Origin: Escherichia phage ECCR664
DNA length: 64,000 nucleotides
Strand: one strand, 5' to 3'
Sequence record: OL631257.1
Shown here: positions 20,570 through 32,635 of the stretch, in pieces
How positions within the stretch are numbered: position 1 is the stretch's first letter
How the letters are laid out: the number at the start of each line of letters is the position of its first letter
Made by a program: the position numbers and the translations under genes
Notes under the pieces: model-generated
What the model was told of the DNA's origin: nothing
Database searches by the model: none
Seen by the model: only the letters and a program-made list of their open reading frames with translations

Positions 20570-20973
20570 CTTATTTCCTTAACGAATTCCATAGCTTCTT
20601 CATATTCATACTTTTTAACAGCTTCGTCATACTGAGCTTGGGCTTTTGCGCACTGAACTTTCCACTCACGAACTCGAGCTCTGTGATGACGTCCTTGGTA
20701 CCAATATCCCACCCAGTTAATAGGCATTAATAAAAACGGTACAATAAGTGGTGCGACGAACATTAATGAAAATGCTGCATCAGACGATATAACTTCACTA
20801 GAATCTAAAACAGCTCCTATAATCATAAAGATTAAAAATGCTAAAGCCAAAATAGGGCCAAATAGTACTTCGTTTGGGATTAATTTACGTTTGTATTCGT
20901 ATGCCCAGGGCTTACTCGGCATGTATAGGGTTGGCTTTGACATATTCTCTACATTCCATAATAAATTGCTCAA
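20548..20973 (-). CDS. membrane protein
   Basis: hydrophobic helices LFGPILALAFLIFMIIGAV and FSLMFVAPLIVPFLLMPI. Confidence 0.45.
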   Translation of the reverse strand: MSNLLWNVENMSKPTLYMPSKPWAYEYKRKLIPNEVLFGPILALAFLIFMIIGAVLDSSEVISSDAAFSLMFVAPLIVPFLLMPINWVGYWYQGRHHRARVREWKVQCAKAQAQYDEAVKKYEYEEAMEFVKEIRCKSLNS

Positions 20974-21096
20974 GGATTAAATTGTTAGTGAAATTAGGAC
21001 TAACAACCATAGTTTCATAAAGCGCATCAATAGCACTTAAAGCATCAACTCTTTTAAGCAAAGGCTTGCCTTCATACATAGTTTCAGAATCGACGA

Positions 21097-21534
21097 TTAA
21101 CGTAAAGTAATATTTTTATTATCGACTAGAACTTCTGTGTCAATATAAAACATATTAGACCTCAGAAGCTTATCTCTAAAACCGTAATAATCTTCTGAAC
21201 GTTCACTGATATATTCCCATTCAGTGTTTAAACAACAAACAGACCACGTAGGAGCAACGAAATCAGTGAATCTAATATCATGGTCTGCAACTAGTTTAGC
21301 AATAGCTCCGATATCATGAATCATAATACCTGGGGCTAATAAAGATTTTCTGCTATGGCTAGCCGTTTTCTCGGTGGTCTCATAAGAAGACGACCAGTAC
21401 CATTTACGTCCAGTTGCAACATATCGTAATGAATCAACTAAAGACGTAGGTGGATTTACCTTATCTCGGAACTCTTCGAACATTGAGTCAATATCATTAT
21501 TTTGGTTTCGCATGTTAACTCCTTTATTATCCAA
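21097..21534 (-). CDS. hypothetical protein
   Basis: ORF 145 aa. Confidence 0.4.
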   Translation of the reverse strand: MDNKGVNMRNQNNDIDSMFEEFRDKVNPPTSLVDSLRYVATGRKWYWSSSYETTEKTASHSRKSLLAPGIMIHDIGAIAKLVADHDIRFTDFVAPTWSVCCLNTEWEYISERSEDYYGFRDKLLRSNMFYIDTEVLVDNKNITLR

Positions 21535-21562
21535 AAGGAGGACCGGAGTCCTCCGTATTATT

Positions 21563-22156
21563 TTATTTCAAAGAGTTAATATATTCTTGTACATCGGCAG
21601 AAGTGGTTTCGACACCGGCTGGAGTACCATTGAACGTTTCAACACGAGTCAGAGTGTCTTCGATATCAACCTTAGTCAGTGCAGCAATTTCAATCACATC
21701 ATCAGCCGTAGAGATACCAAGGGCATTGGCTGCTCGAGTTTCACGAATGTATTCGAGTTTGATTGCCAGATTCTGACGAGCATCATCAAGTTCAACCACC
21801 TTACGAGCAATTTCAATTCGCATAGCGGCATACCCGTCAGCTTTTGTATTAAGTTGTTCGGCAGTTCGACGATACAAAAGACCAAGCTTAGCATGCATGG
21901 TAACATCTTGTCCTTCAGCCAGGAGCTTACGAATTTCACGTTCCTTAGAAGCGGCTTGCTTATTCTTTTCAATAACAAGTTCGCGAATACGTTTTTCTTC
22001 ATTAATAGATTTAACAGAAGCCGTTTTTAGTTCTTTGATTTGGGTAATCAACTTATCTGCAGCTGCGTTATACTGTTCTTCGACAGTCAGATTTTTAGCC
22101 ATAGCAGTACCCAGTTTAGTGCGGATGAATTCAACAAGTTTCTTCAGTGTGTTCAT
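21563..22156 (-). CDS. coiled-coil protein (weak PspA/IM30-like resemblance, not established)
   Basis: ~197 aa, heptad-rich K/E/A/R composition. Confidence 0.4.
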   Translation of the reverse strand: MNTLKKLVEFIRTKLGTAMAKNLTVEEQYNAAADKLITQIKELKTASVKSINEEKRIRELVIEKNKQAASKEREIRKLLAEGQDVTMHAKLGLLYRRTAEQLNTKADGYAAMRIEIARKVVELDDARQNLAIKLEYIRETRAANALGISTADDVIEIAALTKVDIEDTLTRVETFNGTPAGVETTSADVQEYINSLK

Positions 22157-22504
22157 ATTATTACCTTTCAATTGGTGGTTTATTATCCAACGAGAGTATT
22201 ATACTCTGCTCTAAAGAGTTTGTACACTTATTTGTACGAATTAATAATCTCTTCCATTTTATCCAGAACATGGATATCGATTATACGAGGAAGTGCCGAA
22301 AGATTAGAACCGTCGAAAGATTTAAGGTCTTCCAAAATAATATTTTCAATGGCCTTTAAAGCTTCCGCAGATTCTGACGCAGAATTAAATTCAGGAATTT
22401 CTCCAAAAGACGTAAGAATGAACCAAAGTATTCTGCGGCGATTTCTTTAGCTTGTTCGATATCAGACTTAAACATTTTGTTTTCCTCATTTGTTGGTGGA
22501 GTAA

Positions 22505-22759
22505 TCATATCACCATCCTTGGCGTTTGTACATTATTTTTAATCAAGTTGACATAAAATTCTGCATCTTCAGGGTGCATGCCTTCACAGTATTCTTCAAC
22601 CATGAACTTCTTAACAGCTTCATAAGGACCACTCAGATTAAGCTCAGTTGTCCAGAACTTGGAATCTTGGACCGAATCGATACGAACGTCAGGGTGACGG
22701 TTGCGAATAACTTCTTCGGTGTATTCATAATCAACGACATCAATACTAACTGTAGCCAT
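22505..22759 (-). CDS. hypothetical protein 84 aa
   Basis: ORF. Confidence 0.4.
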   Translation of the reverse strand: MATVSIDVVDYEYTEEVIRNRHPDVRIDSVQDSKFWTTELNLSGPYEAVKKFMVEEYCEGMHPEDAEFYVNLIKNNVQTPRMVI

Positions 22760-23424
22760 TTTGTTTTCCTCTTGATTTGATGTGATTACTATAACATAAA
22801 CTTACTTAGATGTAAATTATTTCAACGTCACCTTTAGCGGCTTTATAACCTTCAGCCCAAGATACAACAGAGTTTTTATCTGAGGATTCAAATTCAGGCA
22901 TTGGACTTTCACCAATATTCACACAGTATGTTTCTTCATTTTCATCGAACCAAATAATTAAAGTAGTCATTTTGTTTACTCCTTTGTAGTTGATAAGTCT
23001 ATAGTATCACCATCCTTGGTGCTTGTACATCATTATTTTAATTTTTCCAACTTAACAACTTGTAGTATCCTTCATTCGTACGTGGTTTATCCCAAAAATA
23101 CTAATATATGATTCGCTGTCAATAGAAGTCGCCGGGTTTTTCTCTACCGTAAGACCTTCACTTTCCAGCCATTCAATAGTATTTGCGCATAAATCAGAAG
23201 AACACCTCATCGGGAACCGGCAAGATTTTTCACCTTTAGCTGCAGTGTTATACATCTTTTCTAAAATACGCTTTTGCACGTTTTTAAAAATAGTTTCAGC
23301 AGATTCTTCAGATTTTTATTCAGTTCAGTGTAAAGACTCATACTATTCTCCTCATGTTTTAATAGGACTATAGTAACACATCCAGGGAAGAAGTAAACAA
23401 CTTTTTCAGTAAGTTATAGACCCC

Positions 23425-23447
23425 TAAAGGGGCCCGAAGGTCCCCAT
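23425..23447 (-). terminator. stem-loop downstream of the IP-like gene; related in sequence to the 5010-5035 hairpin
   Basis: CCCCTAAAGGGGCCCGAAGGTCCCCA, imperfect stem. Confidence 0.35.
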
Positions 23448-23450
23448 TCT

Positions 23451-24069
23451 TTACTTACGAGTTTTTGCATACTGAGCAGCGTCAGCAGCCAAACGACCTG
23501 CCTGACGAAGTTTTTCTTTAATCGCATCGTGAAGTGGTTGAGTATACTTCAAACCTTCGATAGTCAAATAAAGACGATAAAGGTCTGGGGTATCAAGGTT
23601 GTTGATATGTTGGCCATTACGAAGACTGTTGAATTCACGAACGAGTGAAGATGTATCGGATTCAATATCACGAACAAGCGAAGATAGTTGTTTATATTTT
23701 TTTCCAGGCTAGAAGTATCAAACTTAAGAGCAGGAGCTTTAGGAGTTGCTTTTACTTCCGGCTTAGGCTCAGGTTTTGCTTTAGGGGCCGCAGGTTTAGG
23801 AACGGTAGGAGCAGGTTTTACTTTAGGCGAACCCGATTTAGCAGAAACACCACCACTAACAATATCTTTGAATGCTTTAGAAGCTCTGTAATATTCTTTT
23901 GGGTGGAAGTGTCGATACCGTACATGGCTTGAACGTTTTTGAAAAACTCTGTACTAGTTTTTGTACCAGAAATAGCATCGTAAGCAGCTTGCCATTTCTC
24001 TTTTGTCATACGTACACCGGCTTCGGTGATTACTTCCGTTTCGGCTAAAAATTCATTAAAAGTATACAT
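23451..24069 (-). CDS. internal-protein-like gene with capsid-targeting N-terminus and Pro/Lys/Ala-rich linker; at least two frameshifts
   Basis: MYTFNEFLAETEV N-terminus; shifted frames give …KPAPTVPKPAAPKAKPEPKPEVK… and a C-terminus ending …AAQYAKTRK; T7 run at ~23694-23703. Confidence 0.5.
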
Positions 24070-24104
24070 TGATGGTCCTTAGAAAGTGGGTTTATTGTTT
24101 ACTA

Positions 24105-24112
24105 TATTTATA
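24105..24112 (-). promoter_or_regulatory. late promoter TATAAATA on minus strand upstream of the IP-like gene
   Basis: TATTTATA on plus strand ~36 nt upstream of start at 24069. Confidence 0.5.
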
Positions 24113-24113
24113 C

Positions 24114-24142
24114 AAAAAGCCCCAACCTTTCGGAAGGGGCTA
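24114..24142 (-). terminator. rho-independent terminator
   Basis: AAAAAGCCCCAACCTTTCGGAAGGGGCT, same sequence as 8153-8181. Confidence 0.65.
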
Positions 24143-24164
24143 TATACCTTGTCGGGGTTTCCAC

Positions 24165-24440
24165 CTACTAAGGCAAGTGTTTGTACGAAACGCCGGGATT
24201 CGAACCCGGTTATTAAGCAGTTGACGCTACTCAATATTTTTAAAGGCCATATCTCGACCATATCCGAACGTTCCGTCAAAAACGCTACTCGGCTTACGGC
24301 AAAGATATTTCCTCGAATCGATAATTCTGTGCGCCGTTTCTGCTGTGATGTAAGGGGATATTAACGAATCATAAAGATTTATTAAGACCAGTCCTTACTC
24401 AGGGAACATCAGTCCGACGACTTGCCGGTAGCGACCCGGC
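24165..24440 (-). ncRNA. putative tRNA-like/stable small RNA region (cf. T4 species 1/2 RNAs)
   Basis: minus-strand T-arm-like CCGGGTTCGAATCCCGG at ~24189-24210 with no protein-coding frame; boundaries not determined. Confidence 0.3.
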
Positions 24441-24443
24441 TTC

Positions 24444-24790
24444 TTATTTTGACATATCATCAATTTGTTCTCTACGTCTACGCCATAGATTAATTACTTC
24501 ATCAACACATTCGGCGTTTGATATATGACGGCAATAATATAATGATTCGCGTTTCTGGAACCGATGTTGCAATGGGATTTCGTTTAAAAGGTCTTTACGG
24601 TCAAAGTATTCAAAACTAGTTAACCCAGAACGGTTTTTAAGGAACTTCCAATGACCAAATTCATTTTGAACATAGACGTAATCGGCATGCTGATACAGCG
24701 AATTAATTAACCTATCGGAAATAACTGTTTCACGTTCGTTAAAATAAAACGTTAAATCATGAACTACCAGATAAACATTGCCTTTCATAT
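24444..24790 (-). CDS. hypothetical protein (~115 aa) adjacent to tRNA genes
   Basis: ORF 24444..24836; upstream part overlaps tRNA-Arg so start taken at MKGNVYLV. Confidence 0.4.
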
Positions 24791-24806
24791 TTTCCTCACT
24801 TAAAGT

Positions 24807-24883
<77 letters not shown>

Positions 24884-24889
24884 AATATA

Positions 24890-24963
24890 TGACCCAGACC
24901 AGATTCGAACTGGTAACCTTTCCCTTATGAGGGGACTGCTGCTAACCATTGAGCTACAGGGCC
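24890..24963 (-). tRNA. tRNA with CAT anticodon (Ile2 if lysidine-modified, as for T4 tRNA-Ile; otherwise Met)
   Basis: GGCCCTGTAGCTCAATGGTTAGC…CTCATAA…GGTTACCAGTTCGAATCTGG…; CCA not encoded. Confidence 0.75.
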
Positions 24964-25039
24964 TAAATAACTTTCTATTATGAAAGGCACTTTAGAGCAC
25001 CTTTGGTAATAGAGGATATGAATTAATAATAACACATAA

Positions 25040-25557
25040 TTCTTAAAGCAAATCAACCATTTTAACGGTCGGCAAAACGATTTCTTCTTCAATATAAGCA
25101 AATTCGACACGTTCAACTACACGCAAGAAATCGTAATCGTAGTATTCAGAAGCGTAGCCAAGAATATCAATAAGACCTTGAGATATCTCATCGCCTTTCA
25201 CAAAGAACAGGTCGAATACACGTGATTCATCTTCTTCAGATTTATTACCGAGGTCGACTTCGATACCAAAGACCTTTTAATGAATTCCGGATAAAGCTGG
25301 TCTGAGAACAGTCCTTCAACCAAGTATTCATAGATTAAAAGCGAGCAATCACTGAATGGTGTATTACCACAATAACGTTCGGCTTTGGTGCTAGAATGAC
25401 GGCTCTTAAATTTCTTCAAGAGATATTTAAACTGTTGGAGCTCATGCTCTTCCACTTCAAACAATGTTTTGGTTTTATAGTTGTCACCATCATTTTCATA
25501 GGTAGTGACATCAATTACGTAACCCTTAGGAATTGTACTGCCTAAACAAATATTCAT
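25040..25557 (-). CDS. hypothetical protein, frameshift near 25270
   Basis: ORF 25198..25557 with open frame continuing in another frame. Confidence 0.35.
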
Positions 25558-25561
25558 TTAC

Positions 25562-25852
25562 TCACCGTACCATATTAATGTAATTATATTCAATGCAACG
25601 TAATTTCAAAGGATTCTTGAAAATATCATATTCAAGAGGACCTTTTTCTGTTTCAATAAAGAAATCAAAGTTCACACTATTAAATTTGCGGTCTTCCCAA
25701 AGTAATTTAACCTGTGAAGATGAACGGTCGATGTAAACCTTTTCAACTTCAAAGTGGGTCAAAATACCATAGTAATCGACTAGTGCTTTAGCTGCAGCTC
25801 GGTCGCTTTCATATCCATTCTCAACGGATTTTACCTTAGCATAAAGAATCAT
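25562..25852 (-). CDS. hypothetical protein 96 aa
   Basis: ORF. Confidence 0.4.
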   Translation of the reverse strand: MILYAKVKSVENGYESDRAAAKALVDYYGILTHFEVEKVYIDRSSSQVKLLWEDRKFNSVNFDFFIETEKGPLEYDIFKNPLKLRCIEYNYINMVR

Positions 25853-26229
25853 GAATGTTCCACCATTTCAAAGGTATGAGCATCAACAATATGATACCAG
25901 TCAAAATTTTCTTCTGCGTTTTTATAAATTTCGCGAAGAGCCTCAACAGTTTTTCCTGTAGCAACAAGGTCGTCAATACCACCAAGAGGATAACAGTCAT
26001 AACCAGCAAACAGAAGGAAATTAATAGTTTCTGTAGGTTCTGGATGCAGAACTCCGTTATCGTCTACCACTTCAAAGAAAGTGTAAGAAGGAGTACAAGT
26101 TTTAATCCAGGCCCATGCTTGAGCTGCTGAATCAAACGGATTACGGAATAAACGACAATCCGGGTCTTTAGAAGGATTTGCTTCAAAATCAGCATATACA
26201 TGATATTTCATTTTACTCACCTTTTGCAA
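25849..26229 (-). CDS. hypothetical protein 126 aa
   Basis: ORF. Confidence 0.4.
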   Translation of the reverse strand: MQKVSKMKYHVYADFEANPSKDPDCRLFRNPFDSAAQAWAWIKTCTPSYTFFEVVDDNGVLHPEPTETINFLLFAGYDCYPLGGIDDLVATGKTVEALREIYKNAEENFDWYHIVDAHTFEMVEHS

Positions 26230-26419
26230 TTTTATCCATAACGATAGCGATTAAGCCGATTAGAAATGCTACTACCAATGAGATAGAATTTTCTGTTGTT
26301 GTCAGTAGTCCACAAATGAATCCTACAAACATCGAAAAACTAAAAGCCATTGAAGCAATTACTACAGCAACATTACGAATCAGTTCAGCGCGTTTCATTT
26401 TATTTCTCCATTTACTCAT
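26213..26419 (-). CDS. small membrane protein
   Basis: hydrophobic core VAVVIASMAFSFSMFVGFICGLL…LVVAFLIGLIAIV. Confidence 0.45.
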   Translation of the reverse strand: MSKWRNKMKRAELIRNVAVVIASMAFSFSMFVGFICGLLTTTENSISLVVAFLIGLIAIVMDKIAKGE

Positions 26420-26468
26420 TTGATTTGATAGGACTACTATAACATAGTCCTATCAGCATGTAAACTAC

Positions 26469-26756
26469 TTATAGAAGAGTTTTTGCAATAATTTTAAGCT
26501 GAGCTACAGAAATATGCTTAGCTTTAAACAGTGCAGTCTCTTCAGCCGGAGAGATAACAATAGTAGCGCCATCTTTCTTAGCAGACCATCCATCCCCTAA
26601 GTAAACAGTACCTTTTACTTCTTCACCATCAACCAGACTAATCATTGGTTTACCCTCACGTCCTTTATTTGTTTTAATAACTTCAGAAGTAAGGGATGCT
26701 TCGGTCAGAGTAGAAACGTTAGCAACAGGTGATATAAATTCTTTATAGGTTTTCAT
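26469..26756 (-). CDS. ipI: internal protein I-like (capsid-targeted)
   Basis: MKTYKEFISP… N-terminus, 95 aa, position upstream of 57B as in T4. Confidence 0.7.
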   Translation of the reverse strand: MKTYKEFISPVANVSTLTEASLTSEVIKTNKGREGKPMISLVDGEEVKGTVYLGDGWSAKKDGATIVISPAEETALFKAKHISVAQLKIIAKTLL

Positions 26757-26780
26757 TTTATTTCCTTGAGGCTGTTTATT

Positions 26781-26821
26781 TGATAGGATGATAGTAACAC
26801 ACCATCATCCTTATGTAAACT
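26781..26821 (-). promoter_or_regulatory. early promoter motif with inverted repeat AGGATGAT/ATCATCCT, upstream of ipI
   Basis: GTTTAC at 26815-26820 (minus). Confidence 0.5.
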
Positions 26822-26833
26822 GTTTTGTGAAAA

Positions 26834-27519
<686 letters not shown>

Positions 27520-27523
27520 TTTA

Positions 27524-28255
27524 TTACCTTAAGATTGTTTCAATTTTAGAATAAAGCTCTTCTAAAGAGCCGTCGTTTGTAATAACTAAATCGCCTTCTT
27601 CAATAGGCAACCCAGCTTCTGTAATATGTTTATCGGTGGATTCCGTACCAGAGCGAACCACATGAATAACTGTAGCACCCATCGCTCTAGCGGTTTCCAT
27701 TTCATGGACTTGACGTGTATCGGTTACGACATAGTAATCGAAATCACTTCCAATATAATCCATATAGTTTAATGCAAAAGTTTAACCCAATACATACGGT
27801 CAAATAAATTAACGACAACATCCGTACCGAGGGCTTGCATAAGACGGCGGATTGACCATGTGTCGTTGATATTATTTATAGCTTCACGCAGGGCTTCATA
27901 TAGTTTAATATCTAGATACGAATATCCACCTTCTAACGATGATAATACTTTAACATTATTAATTGGTAAATATTGACTTTGCAAATAAATTAGCGCTTCT
28001 TCCAATAATTCAATAACATCCAACTTATTGAGATTTAATGGTGTTTCACGGTCGTATCCAATGCCTTCAAAGTATTCGTATTTCAACTCTGTGAATACAT
28101 CAGGATTTTCAGCATGTCTACGTCCCCAGGCTATTGCTAGAGCGTCTTTAATCGGATATGCCAATTGGTATTTTACGGATTTAAAGTTTGAATTGATGTA
28201 ATCAGCGGTGGTGTCTTTACCACTACGTTTGATGCCGCTTAAAGATTAGCTCCAT
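27524..28255 (-). CDS. 1: dNMP kinase gp1 (two frameshifts)
   Basis: …YPIKDALAIAW…DVFTELKYEYFEGIGYDRETPLNLNKLDVIEL… and …MDYIGSDFDYYVVTDTRQVHEMETARAMGATVIHVVRSG… match T4 gp1; N-terminal P-loop segment recovered in shifted frame. Confidence 0.9.
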
Positions 28256-28308
28256 AAGTTTTCCTCATATAATTTATGAGTGATTATAACATATGGAGCT
28301 AGAAGCGA

Positions 28309-28898
28309 TTAACGCAAGGAAGGGTGTCTAGAAATGGATTTAGATTCGACGGCTTGACGTGGTTGTTGAGATACAATGACTTCGCCATCTTTTTCTATCG
28401 TCATATACGCGTAGTGAATAGTTGCTACGCACGTAACGGCAGGGTCAGAGTCTTCAGTGTAACTAAATTCAATTTCACTCAAATCAGAAATCCATGGTTT
28501 ATAGAAATTTGCTGTCAAAACTACTTCTGTCTTATTGTTGTTTAAAATGTGCAAAGTAACAAACTCAGGACCATCGGCATGGGCTGTATTATGACCTGTT
28601 ATATAGTTATTAGTGCTGAGCATCCATTTATACATGTTCATCCAGGACGTCATGTCTTCATCAACTATAAATCGTACAATAAAGGGTCATATTCAAATGT
28701 AGTGCCTGCGCGCATTGCACGTCCTAACCCCATTGTGCCTGTCACAGTTTCAACAACAGGAATTCTCACACCTGGCAGTGGTGCCGTTTGGGCATTGAGC
28801 ACAAAACCTGAAGTTCGTGCACTATCCGGGATATCCACAACAAAGTTTGTTATATTTGTTTGGTTAAAAATCTGTCTCGCTGGACGAGTCATAAGCAC
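28309..28898 (-). CDS. 3: tail tube terminator gp3 (one frameshift)
   Basis: …IFNQTNITNFVVDIPDSARTSGFVLNAQ… and …TSWM…YKWMLSTNNY…LTANFYKPW… match T4 gp3. Confidence 0.85.
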
Positions 28899-28994
28899 CT
28901 CAAAAACGCTTTAATAAAAATGCAGTATAATGGTTTTAGGTCTCTTCCATTAATCCGGTTCAACAGAATATCAGAAGAACGGAAGAGAATAGAA

Positions 28995-29816
28995 TTAAGA
29001 TTTCCAAACAGTATTCGCAGAGAAACGTTTTCCTTTTGACATAAATTGCTGAGTAGGTAACATGATTATGTTAGCCCAGTCTTTAGGAGCTATTTCTGTT
29101 ATTGTTCCTCTAATGTGGCCTGGCAGGTATGCTTTAATCATTTTGTCAGCACCTTGAAATCCTTTCACCTTGCTCCAGTCTATCTTCAACTTTGTGTTAT
29201 TAGTAATAGTAGTTGTGCTAGCATATTGCTTCAGCAATTCTTCAAGAAACTGTTGACGTGCTTTAGGTGGGATATAGTGCAAGTTTAACCCATACATCAA
29301 ATTATGTTTACCTAATCCTAAATAAATAATCAAAGGATATCTGTCCCAGTATGGCAGAGTATCTTTATGTTTAGCATCATACACGTAAGTATAAATTTTG
29401 CCTGGCGTAGGCTTGACTACTTTATGACCTTTTACACTTTTCTTAATTGTTTCAACAAACCACTTAGATGATTTATTGTTTACTGCTGCGCCTTCATTTC
29501 TAATCTTTTCTCGTATTGAACTGCGAAACGAGTTTATCATCAGAAGTTGACGTTCTTGCTTATTAAGTTTATTTTTAGGTTTAGATTCAAGCGTTTCAAT
29601 TTTCTGTGCAGTCTTAATAGATGATGCATATCTAGACATTGCAGATGTAAACGACGAGTATTTTATTCCTTTTGATTCTGCAAATGCTTTTGCAGTGATT
29701 CCTTTCTCTTTAGCTTTCTTGTATTCTAATCCTATCTCAATCCATTTTCTTTCATTCATAGACTGAGCAATCTTAGGGGCTTGTACGCCTTCAGATATAA
29801 TTTGGAATATGCTCAT
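28995..29816 (-). CDS. 2: DNA end protector gp2
   Basis: intact 273-aa ORF, size and position as T4 gp2. Confidence 0.85.
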   Translation of the reverse strand: MSIFQIISEGVQAPKIAQSMNERKWIEIGLEYKKAKEKGITAKAFAESKGIKYSSFTSAMSRYASSIKTAQKIETLESKPKNKLNKQERQLLMINSFRSSIREKIRNEGAAVNNKSSKWFVETIKKSVKGHKVVKPTPGKIYTYVYDAKHKDTLPYWDRYPLIIYLGLGKHNLMYGLNLHYIPPKARQQFLEELLKQYASTTTITNNTKLKIDWSKVKGFQGADKMIKAYLPGHIRGTITEIAPKDWANIIMLPTQQFMSKGKRFSANTVWKS

Positions 29817-29818
29817 AA

Positions 29819-30263
29819 TTACCCCTTGTATCCGAGTTTCCTAAGTCCGTCTTCGGTTAGAACTCGAAATTTTATATTTCTCTTTTCAGCAACAGCTGAG
29901 GCAGCTTTCCATTTGTCACAGTTCACAGACCAGGTGTATATTTCATTCATATAACGTTTCTTTGCCGCGGTCGTAAGATTTGCAGGCTTAATAGGTGGTT
30001 GAGTTTCTTTCTTTGGTTTTATTTCTACAAAAACTCTTGACCTGATGCATCTTTCATCCATATGTCCATATAGTATCGACGTTTCTTACCTTCTGCGTTA
30101 CAGAAATATGGAATTACTGCTGTTTCACTACCCCATGCAATAATTTCTGGATTTTTATCTAACCATTCGAAAAGAATTTTTCCCAGTTTGAACGATACGT
30201 TATTTTGGTATGGTCTCCACGGTATTTTTAAATTTTCGGGACCCATTTACCAGAGTAGGCCAT
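29819..30263 (-). CDS. 4: head completion protein gp4 (two frameshifts)
   Basis: …[33 protein letters not shown]…[12 protein letters not shown]…[11 protein letters not shown]… matches T4 gp4. Confidence 0.9.
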
Positions 30264-30274
30264 GTTGTCCTCCT

Positions 30275-30282
30275 TATAAATA
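30275..30282 (+). promoter_or_regulatory. late promoter TATAAATA (gp53/gp5)
   Basis: exact TATAAATA ~40 nt upstream of gp53 start. Confidence 0.6.
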
Positions 30283-30289
30283 GTATTAT

Positions 30290-30297
30290 TATTTATA
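30290..30297 (-). promoter_or_regulatory. late promoter TATAAATA on minus strand (gp4), divergent from the gp53 promoter
   Basis: TATTTATA on plus strand ~25 nt upstream of gp4 start. Confidence 0.5.
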
Positions 30298-30324
30298 CCA
30301 ATTTCATATTGGAAGGAGACTATC

Positions 30325-30900
30325 TTGTTATTTACATTCTTCGACCCAATAGGATATAGTGCTAAAACAGTTGATAAGAATGCACCTACTATTCCTATGA
30401 CAGACATATTTCGTAACTATAAAGAGTACTTTAAGCGTGTGGCTGCCAATTATAGATTACGTTCTTATTACATTAAAGGCTCTCCACGTCCTGAAGAACT
30501 AGCAAACATAATTTATGGCAACCCGCAATTATACTGGGTTCTTTTGATGTGCAACGATAACTACGACCCGTATTATGGTTGGATTACATCTCAGGAAGCA
30601 GCGTATCAAGCGTCTATTCAGAAATATGCAAATGCTGGTGGAGACCAAATTCTTTACCATATTAACGAGAACCGTGAGAAATTTTACAATTTAGTTTCAT
30701 ATCCGGATGAGCCTTTAGTGTGGTATGATAAAGGTGATGAAGCTCGTAAGTATCCACAATATAAAGGACCTTTAGCTGCAGTAGATACTTATGAAGCGGC
30801 AGTATTAGATAATGAAAAACTTCGTAAAATAAAAATTGTTGCAAAAGAAGATATAAACTCGTTTATTACTGATTTGATTCGTGAGATGGAGATTGCATAA
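30325..30900 (+). CDS. 53: baseplate wedge protein gp53
   Basis: MLFTFFDPIGYSAKTVDKNAPTIPMTDIFRNYK… near-identical to T4 gp53. Confidence 0.95.
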   Translation: MLFTFFDPIGYSAKTVDKNAPTIPMTDIFRNYKEYFKRVAANYRLRSYYIKGSPRPEELANIIYGNPQLYWVLLMCNDNYDPYYGWITSQEAAYQASIQKYANAGGDQILYHINENREKFYNLVSYPDEPLVWYDKGDEARKYPQYKGPLAAVDTYEAAVLDNEKLRKIKIVAKEDINSFITDLIREMEIA

Positions 30901-32631
30901 TGGAAATGATTAGCAGTAGCCTTAATTGGTTCGTGGGTGTTGTCGAGGACAGAATGGACCCATTAAAACAAGGACGAGTTCGAGTTCGAGTCGTTGGTCT
31001 TCATCCGGCACAGAGAGCACAAGGTGATGTACAAGGTATTCCTACAGAAAAACTTCCATGGATGACTGTTATTCAACCTATTACGTCTGCGTCAATGTCA
31101 GGTATTGGTGGTTCTGTTACAGGTCCTGTTGAAGGAACTCGAGTATATGGTCATTTCTTAGACAAATGGAAAACAAACGGGATTGTACTTGGTACATACG
31201 GCGGGATTGTACGTGAAAAGCCTAATAGACTTGAAGGTTTTTCTGACCCTACAGGTCAATATCCACGACGTTTAGGTAATGATACGAACGTATTAAACCA
31301 AGGTGGTGAAGCTGGTTATTATTCAAACTCTAACGTAATTCAAGATAACAACTTGGATTATGGTATAAACCCAGATGATACAGATTTAGCAAATATTCCA
31401 GAAGATGACGACCCTAATTTTACAATAACAGAAATGTTACGTCGTGACGAAGGTCTTCGTGATAAAGTGTATTGGGACCATCTCGGGTATCCTACAGTAG
31501 GTATTGGACACCTTATCATAATGGAAAAGACCCGAGATATGTCTCGAATTAATAAATTGTTATCCGATCAAGTAGGGCGTGAAGTAACAGGAAATCCAGG
31601 GACTATTACATTAGAAGAAGCAACAGCGTTATTTGAGAAAGACCTTGCTAAGATGCAGAAAGACATTCGTTCTAATTCTAAAGTAGGTCCTGTTTATGCT
31701 AAAATGAACAGGTCTCGCCAAATGGCATTAGAAAACATGTGTTTCCAAATGGGCGTTGGTGGTGTAGCAAAATTCAATACTATGCTTAAAGCAATGGCCA
31801 CAGGTGATTGGAAAACAGCATACAAATCTGGGCGTGATTCATTATGGTTCCAACAGACTAAAGGTCGTGCTTCACGCGTAACAACAATTATTTTAACTGG
31901 TAACATGGAATCGTACGGTGTTCCTGTTAAAACACCACCTTCACCAGGAGTCGGTGCCGATTTAGTTACTAGAAATACCGATTCAGAAGACCCGGCCGGT
32001 CCTCCTGTTCCATTAGATTCACGTATCCTTTTAAAGAACCGGAATCAAGTTATCGCGGTGAGTATCCATACGTTCATGCTATGGAAACAGAAAGTGGTCA
32101 TATCCAAGAATTTGACGATACTCCAGGTAATGAACGTTATCGATTAGTTCATCCAACAGGGACATATGAGGAAGTTTCTCCGTCTGGGCGTCGTACTCGT
32201 AAAACTGTAGAAGACCTTTTGACATCACTAATGGTGATGGGAACTTCTTGATTTCTGGCGATAAGCTTGTTAACGTTGGTGCTAATGAAATATATTATAA
32301 CATGGCAGACCGCCTCCATCAAATAGACGGCAATGACACAATCTTTATTCGTGGTAACCAAACTAAAACTGTTGAAGGCGATGGAACTCTTTACGTTAAG
32401 GGTAATATCAAAATAGTTGTTGACGGAAATGCAGATATTCTTGTTAAAGGTGATGCTAAAACTCAAGTCGAAGGGAATCATGATTACACCGTCAACGGAA
32501 ACGTTAAATGGACTGTTAATGGTAATGTTGATATGACTGTTGCCGGGGATTGGGCAGAAACAATGTCTACAATGAGCTCAGTAGCTTCAGGGCAATACAC
32601 TGTTGACGGATCTCGTATTGATATTGGGTAA
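30900..32631 (+). CDS. 5: baseplate hub / tail lysozyme gp5 (two 1-bp deletions at ~32029-32032 and ~32217-32220)
   Basis: lysozyme domain …LRRDEGLRDKVYWDHLGYPTVGIGHL… and C-terminal beta-helix VxG repeats; three collinear fragments in frames 0/-1/-2. Confidence 0.95.
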
Positions 32632-32635
32632 TATA

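Noticed and set aside
21563-22156. Firm PspA/IM30 (phage shock protein A) assignment for the coiled-coil protein
   Set aside because: Similarity is compositional (heptad-rich coiled coil) without a diagnostic motif; kept only as a coiled-coil protein.
2112-22450. Plus-strand ORFs in the early region (2112..2318, 4509..4865, 6143..6478, 19548..20078, 21512..22030, 21897..22214, 22040..22450 and others)
   Set aside because: They lie antisense to better-supported minus-strand genes, have low-complexity or Ser/Leu/Phe-rich translations and lack promoter or RBS context; treated as shadow ORFs.
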